Below the pieces are notes generated by a model. That model had not been told where the DNA came from. It searched no databases and saw only the letters and a list, made by a program, of their open reading frames with translations. From contig RQSC01000033.1 in NCBI GenBank assembly GCA_013416795.1, positions 228,027-247,424 on the forward strand: DNA of 19,398 nucleotides, written 5' to 3'. A program made the position numbers and the translations under genes. This DNA comes from Prasinococcaceae sp. CCMP 1430. Taxonomy: Eukaryota > Plantae > Prasinodermophyta. Positions 18,733 through 19,398 of this stretch are shown piece by piece (position 1 is the first letter of the stretch; every line of letters starts with the position of its first letter).

Positions 18733-19090
18733 TCATTTCAGGCCGTGAGCGTAGACAGACACGCCCATCGAGCAGGCAGGCGGCCCGCCCGCAGCAGTTG
18801 ACGCAGCGTCCCTCCCTGCGCCACGGCTCGCCCCGCCAGCCAGCCAAGGCCAGCCAGGGCGCGCCCGTGAGCACGCTCGGCTCGCTTGCGCCCCCGCCGC
18901 GCCTCGCGACCGTCCCTCCGTCCCCCACTGGATGCGCGCGGTGGCGCGCGCCGCCGCGGCGCCGATGGAATTGCGGTCCAGGTCAAGCCTCGTGAGCGCT
19001 GTGTTCGTCATGAGCGCCTCGGCGAGCGCTTGTGCGCCGGCGTCGCCGATGGAATTGATGTCCAGGTCAAGCCTCGTGAGTGCTTTGTTC
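18733..19090 (-). pseudogene. Fragment of an RNase-inhibitor-like (NLRC3-type) 28-aa leucine-rich-repeat gene; relic or collapsed array
   Basis: NKALTRLDLDINSIGDAGAQALAEALMT followed by NTALTRLDLDRNSIGAAAARA. Two near-identical DNA units with an 84-nt period (18961 vs 19045). The 5' side abuts a single N at 19091, and the 3' side decays into low-complexity sequence ending at TGA 18733-18735. Confidence 0.6.
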
Positions 19091-19398
19091 NACGCGAGCC
19101 TGAGGCCGGGAGGCCGCCGCCCCGCCCGCGGGCGGCAGGCGGCGCCTTCGCCCGCGGGAAGAAAAAAAAAAGGCGTGTGGGATTATTTCGGTGGCTCTTC
19201 CGTAGTTTTCGAGCGGTGGGGTGTGCACGCGACGTGCTGAAGGGCGCGACGGAAACGACGGAATGCGATTCGCGTCGCGCCGCGGGTTTAAAAAAAAAAG
19301 CCCCCGAGGCTAGGCCGAAGAGGAAAAAGCGCATGCGGCGCGACGGCGCGCGCGCGGGGACGGCGGAAAGCGCGGCGGGGCGTTTCGCGCGCGCGCGG

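Overview
Gene-dense, very GC-rich eukaryotic nuclear DNA, most likely from a prasinophyte-grade green alga. This is inferred from plant-type XPO1, PurM, EMC3 and STN7 plus GTGCG intron donors. Order: (AC)n tract; EMC3 first exon (+) cut by a 100-N gap; a gap-free ~841-aa ORF with three SAP motifs, a PhyH-like 2OG/Fe(II) dioxygenase and an acidic tail (+); intronless exportin-1 (-), head-to-head with two-exon PurM (+); STN7/Stt7 kinase (-), head-to-head with two-exon phytoene desaturase (+); DUF1295/steroid-reductase-like membrane protein (-); a ~1.1-kb simple-repeat-rich spacer; PEX6 (-); and an RI-like LRR fragment next to a single N. No rRNA, tRNA, CRISPR array or recognisable transposon was seen. 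The best novelty candidate is the SAP x3-dioxygenase. Secondary leads are the chromist-like PDS paired with STN7, opposite-strand G-quadruplex motifs between XPO1 and PurM, the apparently transit-peptide-less PurM, and the LRR relic. All family calls come from motif recognition and recall; no searches were run.
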